Positions 1 to 12,900 of a stretch of DNA of 64,000 bases are shown here, in pieces. This DNA is from Eledone cirrhosa (Eukaryota). A program made the position numbers and the translations under genes. Within the stretch, counting starts at the first letter, position 1, and each line of letters opens with the position of its first letter. The notes under the pieces are model-generated. The model ran no database searches and had not been told where the DNA came from. It saw nothing but the letters and a program-made list of their open reading frames with translations. The stretch lies in contig OZ024754.1 in NCBI GenBank assembly GCA_964016885.1, forward strand, positions 41,974,001 to 42,038,000. Reading direction: 5' to 3'.

Positions 1-264
1 TTTCCTTGAGCAAGTCACTTTATTTCACATTGCTCCAGTTTACTCAGCTGTAGAAATGAGATGAGAGGGACTGGGGTCCCTATCATTCCACTGCAAAGTG
101 GTCGTGGAGCTGCCACGGCAAAAAAGCACCCAGCACTCACTGTAAATGAGATTGGTGTTAGGAAGGGCATCCAGCTGTAGAAATCAAGCCAGAATCAGTT
201 CCCGTCCCACCCTTGCAAGCAGGGAAAAAGCAGACGTAAAATGAAATGATGATGATGAATGATG

Positions 265-295
<31 letters not shown>

Positions 296-395
296 CCTAT
301 GTGCAAAGATATATATATATATAATTTACAACTCAGGCAATATCTAATTGTCTGGCTCCTTATAATTATTATTATTATTATCATTATGTATATAT

Positions 396-644
396 ATATT
401 TATTAAAATAACAGATTAAAATTTAAGCAAAGAATCGCTGCTTTCACCCTTTACGGGATCTTCTGAAACTAAAAAAATCAATCTGTGAACGCAGAAGTAA
501 ATATTTGAAAAACGTGGCAACCAATTCCTTGGAAATATTTACTTCTTCGTTCACAGATTGATTTTTTTTAGTTTCAAAAGATCCTGTTAAGGGTGAAAGC
601 AGCAATTCTTTGCTTAAACTTTAATCTGTTATTTTAATAAATAT
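396..644. mobile_element. Foldback element, family A (inverted pair of hammerhead-like motifs), copy 1
   Basis: Arms of about 110 bp around a loop at about 507-531. Motifs at 420-470 (-) and 570-620 (+, core degraded to CAAAAGA). Confidence 0.8.
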
Positions 645-719
645 TTGCTCTAGGGTTCTTATATATCTGATATATATTTATCCTTATCGAGGCCTCTTTG
701 GATTTTAGTCTTCAAATTT

Positions 720-769
<50 letters not shown>

Positions 770-1053
770 TATAATAAACGTATATATATATATATCTTTA
801 TACATAATTATATGTATACATACACACATAGATATTTAGATATATACATGCTTTGTCCTATGTTTCTCTGTTTTGTTCTGTTACTGTCTCGTGTGCACTG
901 GAACAAATGGTATAAACTTTAATGCACAGAAACTATATCAATTTCCAGAAGTTGGCTGAAGAGAAGGAACTGTCCATATTTTTGGGGGGTTGTTTTTTTC
1001 TGTCTGTCTTATGTATTCCTTTTTTGAATCATATAATATATATTAAGTTACAG

Positions 1054-1614
1054 GATAGTTATAAATATGGTGTGGCTGGTAATGAAATGGAAATATGTGA
1101 TAGGTGTCACAAAATGATACCTGCTTCAGCATCTCCTTCATCCAGAGACACCACTCAACTCCCAGTGTGCAACGTAGATTCTACACAACAAATTCAGGTA
1201 GGTTTATATTCTGAGAGAAGTTATTTAACTCTAATATTAGTTTATTTTTTATATTATTTACCTATTTATTATTATTATCATTATGTATATATATATTTAT
1301 TAAAATAACAGATTAAAATTTAAGCAAAGAATCGCTGCTTTCACCCTTAACGGGATCTTCTGAAACTAAAAAAATCAATCTGTGAACGCAGAAGTAAATA
1401 TTTCGAAAAACGTTGCAACCAATTCCTTCAAAATATTTACTTCTTCGTTCACAGATTGATTTTTTTAGTTTCAGAAGATCCCGTTAAGGGTGAAAGCAGC
1501 GATTCTTTGCTTAAACTTTAATCTGTTATTTTAATAAATATTAGCTCTAGGGTTCTTATATATTTGATATATATTTATCCTTATCGAGCCCTCTTTGAAT
1601 TTTAGTCTTCAAAT

Positions 1615-1669
<55 letters not shown>

Positions 1670-2731
1670 AACGTATATATATATATCTTTATACATAATT
1701 ATATGTATATATACACACATAGATATTTAGATATATACATGCTTTGTCCTATGTTTCTCTGTTTTGTTCTGTTACTGTCTCGTGTGCACTGGAACAAATG
1801 GTATAAACATTAATGTCCAGAAACTATATCAATTTCCAGAAGTTGGCTGAAGAGAAGGAACTGTCCATATTTTCGGGGGTTGTTTTCTACTGTCTGTCTT
1901 ATGCATTCCTTTTTTGATTAATATAATATATATTAAGTTACAGGATAGTTATAAACATGGTGTGGCTGGTAATGAAATGGAAATATGTCGTATATGTAAC
2001 AAAATGACACCTGCTTCAGCATCTCCTTCTTCCAGAGACACCACTCAACTCCCGGTGTGCAACGTAGATTCTACACAAGAAAATCAGGTAGGTTTATATT
2101 CTGAGAGAAGTTATTTAACTCTAAAATTAGTTTATTTTTTGTATTGTTTACCAATTTATTTATGTAATGTTGTCACCATAATGGTTAAGGATCCAACAGA
2201 GGGTTTGAAAAGTGTACTTGGTATATATATAAAGGATCTTTATAACATATACAAAAATTGATGTTAGCAAAGCATGCTTTCTCCGTTTTGGATTATCAAA
2301 ACATTCGTTATTAGGTTAAATTGTCTTTTCAGGATAATGTTAAATATGTAATGGCTGATAATGAAGTGAAAACATGTGATACATGTCAAAATAAGAGACG
2401 TTCTTCAACGCGTTTGTCATCCAGAGACACCAATAAACTCCCGGTATGCAACGTAGACTCTCCACAACAAGATCAGGTAGGTTTATATTCTGGGAGAAGT
2501 TATTTAACTCTAAAATTAGTTTATTTTTATATTTTGGAGATATGTATTATTTACCTGTTTATAAATAATACTTGAATAGGTCAGATAAACTATATCTGGA
2601 CTTGATTAAGAAAGAAGTGGACAGCAGCTACTTATTCAACTATTACCTATAGTTATTTGCACTGTGACAGCTTCTCGAAAAAGCAAGCTTATTTTGAAAT
2701 TTCTACAATGCTTCATAAATCAAACTGCTGT

Positions 2732-2765
<34 letters not shown>

Positions 2766-5700
2766 CATACATACATACATATACCTATGTGCAAAGATAT
2801 ATATACATATATATATATATAATTTACAACTCAGGCGATATTTAAATGTCTAGCTCCTGATAATAATAATTATTATTATCATTATATCTATATATATTTA
2901 TTAAATTAACAGATTAAAGTTTAAGCAAAGAATCGCTGCTTTCACCCTTAACGGGATCTTCCGAAACTAAAAAAATCAATCTGTGAATGCAGAAGTAAAT
3001 ATTTCGAAAAACGTTGCAACCAATTCCTTCAAAATATTTACTTCTGCATTCACAGATTGATTTTTTTAGTTTCAGAAGATCCTGTTAAGAGTGAAAGCAG
3101 CGATTCTTTACTTAAACTATAATCTGTTATTTTAATAAATATTTGCTCTAGGGTTCTTACATATTTTATCTATATTTATCCTTATCAAGCCCTCTTTGGA
3201 TTTTAGTCTTCAAATTTATTATTATTATTATTATTATATATATATATATCTTTATACATAAATATATGTATACATACACACATAGATATTTAGATATATA
3301 CATGCTTTGTCCTATGTTTTTCTGTTTTGTTCTGTTACTGTCTCGTGTGCACTGGCACAAATGGTATCAACTTTAATGCACAGAAATTATAAAAATTTCC
3401 AGAAGTTGGCTGAAGAGAAGGAACTATCCATGTTTTTTTTGGTTGTTTTTTTTTCGGTCTGTCTTATGCATTCCTTTTTTTATTAATATAATATATATTT
3501 AGTTACAGGATAGTTATAAATATGGTGTGGCTGGTAATGAAATGGAAACATTTCATAGATGTCACAAAATGACACCTGCTTCAACATCTCCCTCATCCAG
3601 AGACACCCCTCAACTCCCGGTGTACAACGTAGATTCTACACAACAAATTCAGGTAGGTTTATATTCTGAGAGAAGTTATTTAACTCTAAAATTAGTTTAT
3701 TTTTTGTATTATTTACCAATTTATTTATGTAATGTTGTCACCATAATGGGCAAGGATCCAACAGAGGGTTTGAAAAGTGTACTTGGTATATATATAAAGG
3801 ATCTTTATAACATATACAAAAATTGATGTTATCCAAGCATGCTTTCTCCGTTTTGGATTATCAAAACATTCGTTATTAGGTTAAATTGTCTTTTCAGGAT
3901 GATGTTAAATATGTAATGGCTGATAATGAAAAGGAAACATGTGATATATGTCAAAATGAGAGACGTTCTTCAAAGCGTTCGTCATCCGGAGACACCAGTC
4001 AACCTCAACCATTCAACGTAGAACTTATACAACGAGATCAGGTAGGTTTATATTCTGGGAGAAGTTATTTAACTCTAAAATTAGTTTATTTTTATATTTT
4101 GGAGATATGTATTATTTACTTATGTGATAGTGTCACCATAATGGCACCCAGTACACTCTGTAAAATAGTAGTGATGGTAGCATGATAAAATACACCCAGT
4201 ACACTGTAAAATAGTAATGATGGTGCCATGATACAATACACCCAGTACGCTCTGTAAAGTAGTAGTGATAGTGCTATGATATAATACACCCAGTACACTA
4301 AAAAAGAATGGTTGTGCTGTTGCCACAATAAAAGGTACCAGTACATCCAGTAAAATGATTGGTCTTAAGAATGGCATCCCACCATAGGAATATATTAGCA
4401 AGATGTGGTCTTTGCAACCTGTCTAATACCAGACCATGAAAAACGGATGTAAAATGATGGTGTTGTTGTTGTTTGTTCTATGTTTCTCTGTTTTGTTCTG
4501 TTACTACCCCATGTGCACTGGAACAATTGGTATCAACTTTAAAGCACTGAAACTATAAAGATTTCCACAAATTAGCTAAAGAGAAGGGACTATCCATGTT
4601 TTTATTTGTTGTCTTGTAGTGAAACCTATCCACACATTGACCCTCAGATGACATTTAGCGGTAATTTTCTAGGTTAGCTACCTGTGTTGCCAGTGGGCTG
4701 GGGTAACAGGTCACTTTGGGGTGAAGACAAGATAAGTTCTCAGACCAATCGTGTGGAAACCTTCCTACGGTAAACACAGCAGAGTTTTGCTCTGGTGTCC
4801 AGCTGGAGATATATTTTTTTTGTCTACCCATCAAACCACTAGCAAGATGTAGTCCATGAAAAAATATCTGTGGAGCCTGCCTGTGGGCAAGGCCACAAGA
4901 AATAACAGCCATTCACTTCTATAAGGCAAGTTACCTTGTATCACTGTACACACACGATTCCATCATACCCAAACACATCTCAGCACTTTCTCCACGTACA
5001 TAGTTTCTCTTAGTTTGTTGTTCATGATATCTAGTTGCCTGGTTCCTTATAATTATATTTATATATATAAGGGCGGTGCCTCAGCATAGCCTCAGCCAGA
5101 TGGCTGGAATAGGTAAAAGAATATAATAATAATAATTGTTTCTACTTTTGGCACAAGGCCAGCAATTATCCCAGTACATTACTGGTACCTTATTTTATCG
5201 ACCCTGTAAGGATGAAAGGTAAAGTTAACCTCGGCGGGATTTGAACTCAGATCATAAAGGGAGGTACCACTATGCTTCAAAGCATGGTGTCCGACCCTCT
5301 ACCGATACTGCCAATCCACCGCCCTATAATAATAATAATAATGAAATTATTGTGTACAGTGCTCAGGTGCACTACAACTCATCAAAGTTTCCATCGTGAA
5401 ATGCTAATTAATAAATAATATATAAATGTGGAGGGAGTTTTCGTTATTCTTCTATAATCCTAGCGGTTGATTGGAGAAAATTACTTTCCCCACATTCGCT
5501 TTCCACAGATGTACACATTGGGTAACTATCACCACTCTCTGCAACCAATACAAATCATCATCATCATCATCATTCACTCTTCTTCTACGGAAAGAACTCA
5601 ACTCTCAATCACACACACAAACCTTCCGTTACAGCTTGTCTTGTGAATTCCTTTTTTGATTGATATAATATATATTTAGATACAGGATAGCTATAACTTT

Positions 5701-6639
5701 GGTGCGGCTAGTAATGAAATGGAAATATATCTTGGATGTCACAATACGAGACCTGATTCACCAGCTCCTTCCTCCATAGACACCAATCAACCCAAAGTGT
5801 TCAATGTAGATCTGATTGGACCAAATCAGGTAGGTTTACACAGGGCTAAACTTTCACCTGCTGAGACCCTAAGCTATATGAAATTTGAGAGCCTTCTCTA
5901 TAAAAAATTTGGAGTTAAAATTATACGTTACTTACCTAATTATTTAATCCTAAACTTCCCTTAGGTTATAAACCCTCATAATTTCATCTTCCTGTTATGT
6001 ATTTATTTTACTCTGTAATATTCTATTAACTTTAGACTGACCCCCTGTAGAATCCCTTCTCTGCAACCCAACGCTACACATTTTTTTTTGGCTGTGCCTA
6101 ATGTTGTCAGACAGGATTAGCAGTAGCCAATAAACAGTGTAACCCCTGCCCACACAGGAAAATAACACAACAGAGTTACCACTCAGAGTGAATCCACCCG
6201 AATAAGGGCAGGGCATTCAATGAGCTCTGAGAAAAAAAAAAAAGATTTTTTTTCTTTTCATTCTCGTGTTTTCTTACTGTTTCTTCCTAATTATTATGCA
6301 ATTGTACACCTGATGATGTCACCGGGTTCCTATGTAACTTGGCCACTGAAATGTGCATAGTGTTTGCTGTAATAAAATCTAAAGGAATACAACCTTAATA
6401 ATCTGTATATCTTCTATTCAATCACATTATATAAACTGTTCAATAATCTGTATATCTCCCATTATTTAAACTGTTCAATAATCTCTATATCTCCCATTAT
6501 CATATCATTGATTGATATTTTTCAGACCTATCAGTGTTCTTTTGTGGATTATCCTGACAAGACTTCAAAAGTTAAATCTCCCACGACTTATCAAGATCCT
6601 TGCTGCCATAGCCCACTTTGTAACAAGAAATGTGTGTGA
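1054..6639 (+). CDS. 3' part of an unidentified spliced gene: six tandem 48-aa repeat exons (CxxC + Ser/Pro-rich) and a Cys-rich terminal exon; the 5' end probably lies upstream of the window
   Basis: Exons 1054-1197, 1944-2087, 2333-2476, 3509-3652, 3898-4041 and 5686-5829 are each exactly 144 nt, open, phase 0, and bounded by cag|GAT and CAG|gtaggt. Example peptide: DSYKYGVAGNEMEICDRCHKMIPASASPSSRDTTQLPVCNVDSTQQIQ. Terminal exon 6526-6639 (tttttcag|ACC) encodes TYQCSFVDYPDKTSKVKSPTTYQDPCCHSPLCNKKCV*, with AATAAA at 6741. No homology recognised. Confidence 0.65.
1293..1541. mobile_element. Foldback element, family A, copy 2
   Basis: Motifs at 1317-1367 (-) and 1467-1517 (+): stem I AGTTT/AAACT, core CAGAAGA, stem II tCCC-gttaa-GGGt, GAAA, stem III AGCA/TGCT. 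Confidence 0.8.
2894..3142. mobile_element. Foldback element, family A, copy 3
   Basis: Same inverted repeat; motifs at 2918-2968 (-) and 3068-3118 (+). Confidence 0.8.
6306..6363 (+). ncRNA. Type I hammerhead ribozyme motif, family B
   Basis: ACAC-CTGATGA-stem II (GT..CCGGGTT/AACTTGG..AC)-GAAA-stem III ATG/CAT-cleavage triplet AUA (after 6359)-GTGT; AATAAA follows shortly after. Confidence 0.7.
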
Positions 6640-6833
6640 AGACAACCCAAATACATCTCCTTTCGAGGCTTATGATGGTATAATCAAGCCAAAATAAGTC
6701 AATTTTCATCTCAAATATACAAATTACAGTTAGATATGAAAATAAAAGATTCTACGCTTCACATTTCTGTCTTGTTTTATTTCTGTCTTGAAGATGTAGA
6801 ATTTCATATACAGACCATATCAATAACCATTTC

Positions 6834-6922
6834 ATCTCTCGGACAGATTAAAGATTTAATCTGTTTCGCCCTGAAAATTGTGTTTGTAACAGATAATCCG
6901 TAGGCTTTCATCAGCGAGAGAT
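6834..6922 (-). ncRNA. Type I hammerhead ribozyme motif, family C (left arm of the 6793-7306 inverted repeat)
   Basis: Reverse strand: ATCTCTCG-CTGATGA-aaGCCT..GGGC-GAAA-stem III ACAGATTA/TAATCTGT-C^-CGAGAGAT. Confidence 0.8.
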
Positions 6923-7173
6923 AAGATCAAATGAAACCAAACACATTTAACAAGAACTCATAGGAGTAAATACACCTCGTGGGTTGTAAGTTATACGTGG
7001 TGTGAGTGGTTATGCTAGAAATAATAGCCTTATTACATTCAACTTATAAGCTCACCTAGTTGGGGAGCCGAAATACAAATAAAATACAGAGTTATTAACT
7101 CAGTTATTACAACCCACGAGGTGTATTTACTCCTATGAGTTCTTGTTAAATGTGTTTGGTTTCATTTGATCTT

Positions 7174-7263
7174 ATCTCTCGCTGACGAAATGCCTACGGA
7201 TTATCTGTTACAAACACAATTTTCAGGGCGAAACAGATTAAATCTCTAATCTGTCCGAGAGAT
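7174..7263 (+). ncRNA. Type I hammerhead ribozyme motif, family C (right arm)
   Basis: Stem I ATCTCTCG(7174-81)/CGAGAGAT(7256-63), core CTGACGA 7182-88, GAAA 7230-33, 8-bp stem III, GUC triplet with predicted cleavage after 7255. Confidence 0.8.
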
Positions 7264-8244
7264 GAAATGGTTATTGATACGATCTGTATATGAAATTCTA
7301 CATCTTACTGTATGTTTCAGGTTAAATATATAAAACATTTGTGGTATTTTCTACCCTCGCAATTTTAGACACAAAATTTACTGTTTATGTCTACATATAT
7401 ATATATATAATTGTTTCTACTTTAGGCACAAGGCCAGCAATTACCCAGTACATTACTGGTACTTTATTTTATCGACCCCGTAAGGATGAAAGGCAAGGTT
7501 AACCTCGGCGGGATTTGAACTCATATATATATAATGCTCAGTATTTATACTTTGAGCTTGTTAATTGCAGGGTATCAATATGAGTTAATAACTCTGTATT
7601 TTATTTGTATATATATTTATATAAATATACTTTGTTTTTTAATTTTTTTTTGTAAGATTTCTTCACTGAAAACATGTGTTGAAACAGATATTGTTATACT
7701 TTGGGAGGGTCAGGCTGCCAATATGCACTGTTGTCGGAGTCCAACACCCACATTGAATGGTAGGGTTGCCAGTTTAGTTGCTGATAACCTGACCATGTGC
7801 CATGCATACATACACAAACAAACATGTAGCTTTGTCAAATACTTCCAACAACAAATTTATATATAAATTTCAACATTTTTAATAATCAACCAATGTTGGT
7901 CGTCCCTGTGAATATCAGTTAGATGGAATATAAGATTTATACAACTTTTCTCCATGTTCATAGTTTAAAATAAAATCTTGAGAAATAAATAAAAATAATT
8001 GATAACCATGCAAATAGTTAAACATATTTTCTTTTACAATTTTTAATTCCCTTTCTGCCTCATTTTAACTTCATGTTTTTTTTCCTTTCTTATATATATA
8101 TATAACAAAGAAAGTGTGGTAATGAACCAGGTGGACCTTAACACACCAGAGTACTCGATACTTAGGGTAGTAGAGTGGGTGCTGTGTTAGTTCGGATCTA
8201 GCTGTCGAAACAGCCAGAGCTCAGCCATCGGAGCCGACTCTTTT

Positions 8245-8299
<55 letters not shown>

Positions 8300-9910
8300 G
8301 GAAGTTTAGTAAAATCAAAGCATAGTGAAAGCATGTAGCTTGGTGGTTAGGTTTCTGTGCTCACAATCATAAGGTTATGAGATGAGTTCCTGGACTGGGC
8401 AGTGCATTGTGTCCTTAAACAAGACACTTTAATTCACATTGCTTCAGTTTACTCAACTGTAACAAAACTGGTACCAAGCTGTATTGATCTTTGCTTTTCC
8501 CTTGAATACCATTAGTGTCGAGGTGAGAAGTGACTGGCATGCTTGCACAACCACTGACTGGTCTTCTACAAAAACACCATGTCTGGAATAGTACCTTGCA
8601 GAGGTAAACCGTTGGTCAGTCAGTCACGGCTTAATCTTTATCATCATCATCATCATCATCATCAATTGTTACTTTTTTATAGATATCTTGTACGGTTATT
8701 TTAGAACTATTTTTTTTATCAATAAATATCCAAAGTTTCATCATCAATATCATCAATATCATGTTGTCATCATCGTTTGACATTTATTTTTCATGCTTGC
8801 ATGGGTTAAACAAGTGCTGAGGTCAGACCAGTCAGGTGACCATGCTCTGCTGGAATGTTCCATTATGGCTTGATGCAGTTCCTAATGCCAACTACTTTAT
8901 AGTGTGTACTCGGAACATTTTCATCATGACAACAGCACTACCACCTTACAGAGTGAACTGGGTGCTTTTTGTTGTGGCACCAGCACTACTATTTTACAGA
9001 GTGGACTGGGTGCTTTTTGTTGTGGCACCAGCACTACCATTTTACAGAGTGGACTGGATGTTTTTCATCATGGCACCAGCACTTCCATTTTACAGAGTGG
9101 GATGGGTGTATTTTTAGCGTGGTACCAGCACTGGGGAAGAATTGATATGAGGGGTCATATCACCATGGGAGAGGAAGTACCTGGAGGTGACCCTGAAGTT
9201 TATCAAGGGACTAACCCACAAAATAGAAATGAAAGAAAACATTAAAATATGTTTGTGATAAGAGAGACCCTCCCCCCAGGGCAGGTTTTGATGAACTTTT
9301 TGTTTTTAAACAAAAAAGTTACATATATTGCGTATATGATACTGCAGTTATGTGTGTCAGAGAGAGAGAGAGAGTTACATATATAGCGTATACACTGCAT
9401 TCATGTGTGTGTGTGAGAGAGAGACAGATAGGCAGAGAGAAAGTGAGAGACTTTTTACAATATTCCTTGGCTATATTAATATTCATGTGTGTATATGAGA
9501 GAGAGAGAGAGAGAGAAAAAGATATTGTCACAGAGCATGAGAGGAAGCGAAGCCTTAAACATTAGTTCCCTGGGATACATCAATAATGCTTCAAATACAA
9601 TTTGGAGCAAACCACAAAGAAAAAAAGAAAAATAAGACATGGATTGTTGTCAAGACCAAATTATTAATAATATAAATCAACAATACTGGAAGACATCCCT
9701 TCTCTGTATTCCAGCTTATCTGTGAAGATGAATTAAACAAAAAATAACCCAACAATTCTGTAACCCACATTTTGTTTTGTTAGTTTTTTTTCTTTTTCTT
9801 TTGGTTTTTTTTTCTTTCTTTCTTCCTGTCTTTCTTTCATTTTTCCTTTCCTTTCTTACAAATATTTACAAAGATCTGTTGAAATACAGTCGAAGAATGT
9901 CTGTGGTGGT

Positions 9911-12900
9911 TTAATTTGGAAAGTCGGAATTGTGTATTTCTGGTTTATATGTCAGCAGAACCACCATTACCCACAGATGTAATAAGGCCTGAAAAATAAA
10001 TAAATAAATATATAAATAAATACAATATATTGGAGATATATTTATTTATGGGCATGTGGTTAGATTGTGGTTAGATTGTCTCGGGAAAGAATCACAGGAC
10101 CATGTGTAGCTCAGAGATCAGAGAATCACTCCAGGTAGAGATGTAACTTCTCAAAATTGAGAGATCACAACTCTGATACTATGGATATGTGGTTAGAATG
10201 TCTACAGATTTGTAGGGTCCAGCATAGAAAGCAGATATATGATGATGATTCTAGACAGCTTCTGTTTACCCAGTTTCATTTATAAAGCTTAACTATCACA
10301 CTAAACAGAACTACATCTTTTCAGCTTTCCACAATCTTCTCTTCAGAAATCTGCTAGAATTTATGTTTTATATTCACCACAGTACATTCTGTAAAATGGT
10401 TGGCTTTTGGAGAGGCATCCAGCCTTAAGCAGCTCTAATTAAGTATAAGGTTGGTCTGTAACAACCCTTCCAAACCATGCAGTGTGGAAAAATGGAAAGA
10501 GGTGTAAAATGGTGATTAAGAAGAGGATGACACTAAATTCCTGTCTATAGAAGCCACAAAAGGCTTTGTTTAGTTTTACTTAGTGAAATGAATCTTTAAG
10601 AAATCACTTACCATGTAAAGTATCACAAATACTCGTGCAATGGGATATCTACGTAGAAATACTCCCAATCTTACGCTGAAAGAACAACAAATATACATTA
10701 GATATTTAATTTAGAGTTTAAAAATAAATATATCCCAGTTTATAATAAATATATCACAGTTTATGATAAATATATCCCAGTTTATAATAAATCTATTATA
10801 ATTTATAATAATTCTATTAAAATATATAGTAATTCACACTAAATGCGTTACAATTTATAATAAATTTATCACAATTCATAGTAATTCTATTATACTAACC
10901 CCTAGATTTGGTCTAACTGGATTAATTATAGCATCACTAAGCACTAGACCTAGTCTAGCAACATTAGCCACTAGACCTGGTCTAACTGGTTTAAATCTAG
11001 CAATATTAGCCACTAGACCAGGTCTAACTGGTTTAAATCAAGCAATACCAGCCACTAGACCTGGTCTAACTGGATGTAATCTAGCAATACCAGCCACTAG
11101 ACCTGGTCTAACTGGATGTAATCTAGCAATACCAGCCACTAGACCTGGTCTAACTGGATGTAATCTAGCAATATTAGCCACTAGACCAGGTCTAACTGGT
11201 TTAAATCAAGCAATACCAGCCACTAGACCTGGTCTAACTGGATGTAATCTAGCAATACCAGCCACTAGACCTGGTCTAACTGGATGTAATCTAGCAATAC
11301 CAGCCACTAGACCTGGTCTAACTGGATGTAATCTAGCAATACCAGCCACTAGACCTGGTCTAACTGGATGTAATCTAGCAATACCAGCCACTAGACCTGG
11401 TCTAACTGGATGTAATCTAGCAATATTAGCCACTAGACCAGGTCTAACTGGTTTAAATCAAGCAATACCAGCCACTAGACCTGGTCTAACTGGATGTAAT
11501 CTAGCAATATTAGCCACTAGACCAGGTCTAACTGGTTTAAATCAAGCAATACCAGCCACTAGACCTGGTCTAACTGGATGTAATCTAGCAATACCAGCCA
11601 CTAGACCTGGTCTAACTGGATGTAATCTAGCAATATTAGCCACTAGACCTGGTCTAACTGGATGTAATCTAGCAATACCAGCCACTAGACCTGGTCTAAC
11701 TGGATGTAATCTAGCAATATTAGCCACTAGACCTGGTCTAACTGGTTTAAATCAAGCAATACCAGCCACTAGACCTGGTCTAACTGGATGTAATCTAGCA
11801 ATATTAGCCACTAGACCTGGTCTAACTGGTTTAAATCAAGCAATACCAGCCACTGGACCTGGTCTAACTGGATGTAATCTAGCAATACTGACCACTGGAT
11901 GAGATCTAACAATATTAGCCACTAGACCAGGTCTAGCAATACTAGTCACTAGACCTGGTCTAATTGGATGAGATATAGCAATATTAGCCACTAAACCAGG
12001 TCTAGCAATACTAGTCACTAGACCTGGTCTAACTGGATGAAATATAAGAGTCTTGACCATTAGACCATCATAAAAGGGAATGATATTTTGACAGTTTTTA
12101 AGGAAAAGCGCACCTAAATTTATCAATGGTATTTGCAGCTCTCTTCATACGACGGGTCATCTCGTGGTCTGTGGCAGCTTCCCTGAGAAACAATGGCATC
12201 CTTTGTCGAACTGTAACAAAAAAGAAGACAGAAATTATTTATTTCAAATCATTATAGAAAACAATAACAACAAACCTTTTAACACTTCTGTGACTGTATT
12301 TCTAATGAAGTAAACTATTTCAGTAATGCCAGAGATGAGACATGAGTCCTTTAGCAAGGAGGTTGTTGCTTCTAATGACTTTAACAGCAGTCACTCTCTA
12401 TATATCATTAACCCTTTATCATGTATTTTCATGGTAAAGGCTTTATCTCACATAATTATTTCACATAATATCGAATCTATGAGATTTTGATATTATTTAT
12501 TTCGAGGGGCGGTAGATTGGCAGTATCGGTAGAGAGTCGGACGCCATGCTTTCCAGCATAGTTACATCCCTTTACGATCTGAGTTCAAATCCCGCCGAGG
12601 TTGACTTTGCCTTTCATCCTTACGAGGTCGATAAAATAAAGTACCAGTAATGCACTGGGTAATTGCTGGCCTTGTGCCTAAAAGTAGAAACAATTATTTA
12701 TTTCGAGAACAATACCTTAACATAAGTATGAGTGGCTAGTTACAGCCGGTTTGAACAGAAAGAGGTGAGAGAATTCTGGCTAGATATGTCTGGTTTAAAT
12801 GCTAAAGGGTTAGTGACCAGATAACATTGGACAGATTTGCTACAGTTGACCTTTGACATCACAGTCACAGACTGAAGGCTTCAACCTGTTCTTTCCATTT

